Source: Basidiobolus meristosporus CBS 931.73 (Eukaryota; Fungi; Basidiobolomycota). Taken from it: a stretch of DNA of 64,000 nt. Position numbers and translations under genes: made by a program. Below, in pieces: positions 62,397-64,000 of the stretch (positions are counted from its first letter, which is position 1; each line of letters begins with the position of its first letter). The stretch is taken from positions 1-64,000 of the forward strand of contig MCFE01000308.1 in assembly GCA_002104905.1 (NCBI GenBank). The letters are read 5' to 3'. The notes beneath the pieces were generated by a model. That model made no database searches. It saw nothing but the letters and a program-made list of their open reading frames with translations, and was not told the origin of the DNA.

Positions 62397-63113
62397 TGTT
62401 GTAGAATTTGCCACTCCACCTAAATTTTCACCTAACTTATTCACTTAGATTATTACCTACAAATCCTAGAGAGTACTGACCAAACTCCTTGTCAGGATTT
62501 ACTTAGAGTATTTTCACCAAAATATCAGGTACCCAGAACATTAAAATTCTCAGAGTTGTCCAAATAGTGCCAAACTTTGCACATATGCTCTTGGGACCTT
62601 ATTAAGTCTATTCTTTATGTTTGCTCTGCCAAGATCATGTAAAAGTAGTAACACTACCTTTACATTAAAAATGTTGTAATTATTGAATTGTCACCTAAAT
62701 ATTCATGCTAACTTAGTCACATAGATCTTATTCTGTGATTAGCATTCTGTCCTGACTAGATTTCTTGTCGGGATTTACTTAGAATATTTTCACCAAATTG
62801 TCAGGTACCCAGATTATTATTTTTCTCAAAGTCGTCCAAAAGACCCCAAACTTTGCACACATATTCTTGGGACCTTCCTTAACAAACTCTACACGTTTGT
62901 TTCCTCTACTTTATCAAAAGTATAAATACCATACTTTTGATCAATAAATCTACAAGTGAATAACATGTAAATCTTCTAGTTCTCCACATCACTTCCAATA
63001 CTCCTCAGAATATTGCAACAAAAAAATCCTTCAGTGAAAACTACATAATCTAATTATTTTCCCAATTACTTTTAATATCTCCAAGACTCCTACAGCACAA
63101 GACTCTTAAAACA
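62397..63113 (+). mobile_element. Copia 5' LTR B interrupted by solo LTR C
   Basis: LTR B breaks at TACATTAAAAA (62671), resumes at AAAAAATCCTTCAGTGAAAAC (63021) and ends CTTAAAACA at 63113, followed by a degenerate PBS and gag. Confidence 0.8.
62672..63020 (+). mobile_element. Nested solo LTR C (349 bp) with AAAAA target-site duplication
   Basis: TGTTGT...GCAACA termini, flanked by AAAAA at 62667-62671 and 63021-63025. Confidence 0.8.
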
Positions 63114-63144
63114 GGCTACAAGCTCCAAGCTGTCACTCTCTGCA

Positions 63145-63360
63145 ATGTCCACTACTGCTATTTTTGGAATTCTTCCCTCTGCTGAGAAGTTGGACGGATC
63201 AAACTACCAAATGTGGAAGGTAAAGATGAAGATGCTGCTATAAGAAGGATGCCTTTGGGATATTGTTATGGGAGAAGAATGCCCTCCTATAAATGTGGGA
63301 AAGGAAGCCTTAAGGTACCAGGCAAAGGAACAAGGGGCCATTAACTGCATTTGCCTTAAT
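63145..63360 (+). pseudogene. Ty1/Copia gag N-terminus with premature stop
   Basis: MSTTAIFGILPSAEKLDGSNYQMWKVKMKMLL*EGCLWDIVMGEECPP. TAA lies where the paralog at 63816 has CAA. Confidence 0.85.
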
Positions 63361-63437
63361 CCCTATGAAAAATCATTGTGATGATCCTGCCAAAAGGCTG
63401 TCACAAATTTAAAGTCCCATGACTAAGAGGTATTGAT

Positions 63438-63784
63438 TGTTGTAAAAACTTGTAATTCTACCTAAATATTCACCTAACTTGGTCACTTTGATCATTATCT
63501 TCAAGTCCCAGGGAATACTGACTAAATTCCTTGTTGGGATTCACTTAGAATATTTTCACCAAAATACCAGGACCCAGAACATGAGCTTTTTCAAAGTTGT
63601 CCAAACAGCCCCAAACCTTGCACACATGTTCTTGGGACCTTCCTTAGCCTATTATACATGTTAGTTATGCCAAGATCATGTAAAAGTATAAATACTACTT
63701 TACATTCAATAAATCATTGAGTGAGAACCACATAATCTACTTGTACTCCCAATTACTTCCAGTATCTCCAAAACTCTTACAACA
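63438..63784 (+). mobile_element. Copia 5' LTR D (347 bp)
   Basis: TGTTGT...ACAACA, directly followed by PBS and gag ORF. Confidence 0.9.
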
Positions 63785-63797
63785 GGTTATGGGCACC
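63785..63797 (+). other. Primer-binding site of half-tRNA-iMet type
   Basis: GGTTATGGGCACC directly after the LTR CA end. It resembles the Drosophila copia/Ty5-type PBS GGTTATGGGCCC, complementary to the tRNA-iMet anticodon arm. Confidence 0.75.
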
Positions 63798-63815
63798 AAG
63801 CTGTAACTCTTTGCA

Positions 63816-64000
63816 ATGTCTACTCCTACTACTACTGGAATTTTCCCCTCTGCTCAAAACTTGGATGGATCTAACTACCAAGTGTGGAGGGTGAAGATAA
63901 ATATGCTGCTACAAGAAAGTGGCCTTTGGAATATTGTCATGGGAGAAGAATACCCTCCTAAAAACATAGGAGAGGAGGCCTTAAAGTACCAAAAAAAAGA
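63816..64000 (+). CDS. Ty1/Copia gag N-terminus, open to window edge
   Basis: MSTPTTTGIFPSAQNLDGSNYQVWRVKINMLLQESGLWNIVMGEEYPP, a typical Copia gag LDGSNY..W...M..LL...LW..V motif. Confidence 0.85.
   Translation, partial: MSTPTTTGIFPSAQNLDGSNYQVWRVKINMLLQESGLWNIVMGEEYPPKNIGEEALKYQKK

Noticed and set aside
62063-63784. Regularly recurring ~340-bp units suggesting a CRISPR-like or satellite array
   Set aside because: Units have TGTTG...CAACA termini, a PBS and a gag start, so they are nested LTRs. There are no short repeats with unique spacers, and the context is eukaryotic.
1-64000. tRNA, rRNA or other structured RNA genes
   Set aside because: No convincing A/B-box cloverleaf or rRNA signature seen by eye. 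tRNAscan-SE or Infernal would be decisive.

Overview
Intron-containing eukaryotic DNA. Short GT-AG introns and the gene set point to a fungus, probably an early-diverging lineage (inference). Ordinary genes: MFS sugar transporter, F-box protein, RRP8, KIN1, auxin-efflux-carrier-family transporter, ZNF511-like zinc finger, GPI-anchored protein, casein kinase I and UBR1. There is also a type I membrane protein with a Frizzled-like cysteine-rich domain. The standout is a family of five intact, intronless, secreted, bacterial-type M13 zinc metallopeptidases, each 675 aa from the signal-peptide Met, plus one truncated 5' copy. Four of them form a tandem array that looks like a duplicated two-gene cassette. 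Their scaffolds are nearly identical in long tracts, suggesting gene conversion, while short patches aligning to neprilysin substrate-pocket positions stay hypervariable and fall into two co-varying classes. A 347-bp Copia-type LTR family (TGTTG...CAACA, half-tRNA-iMet-type PBS, gag start) is dispersed through the window and forms nested stacks at about 20.7-21.6 kb and 62-64 kb. All exon boundaries and alignments were read by eye; no searches were run.
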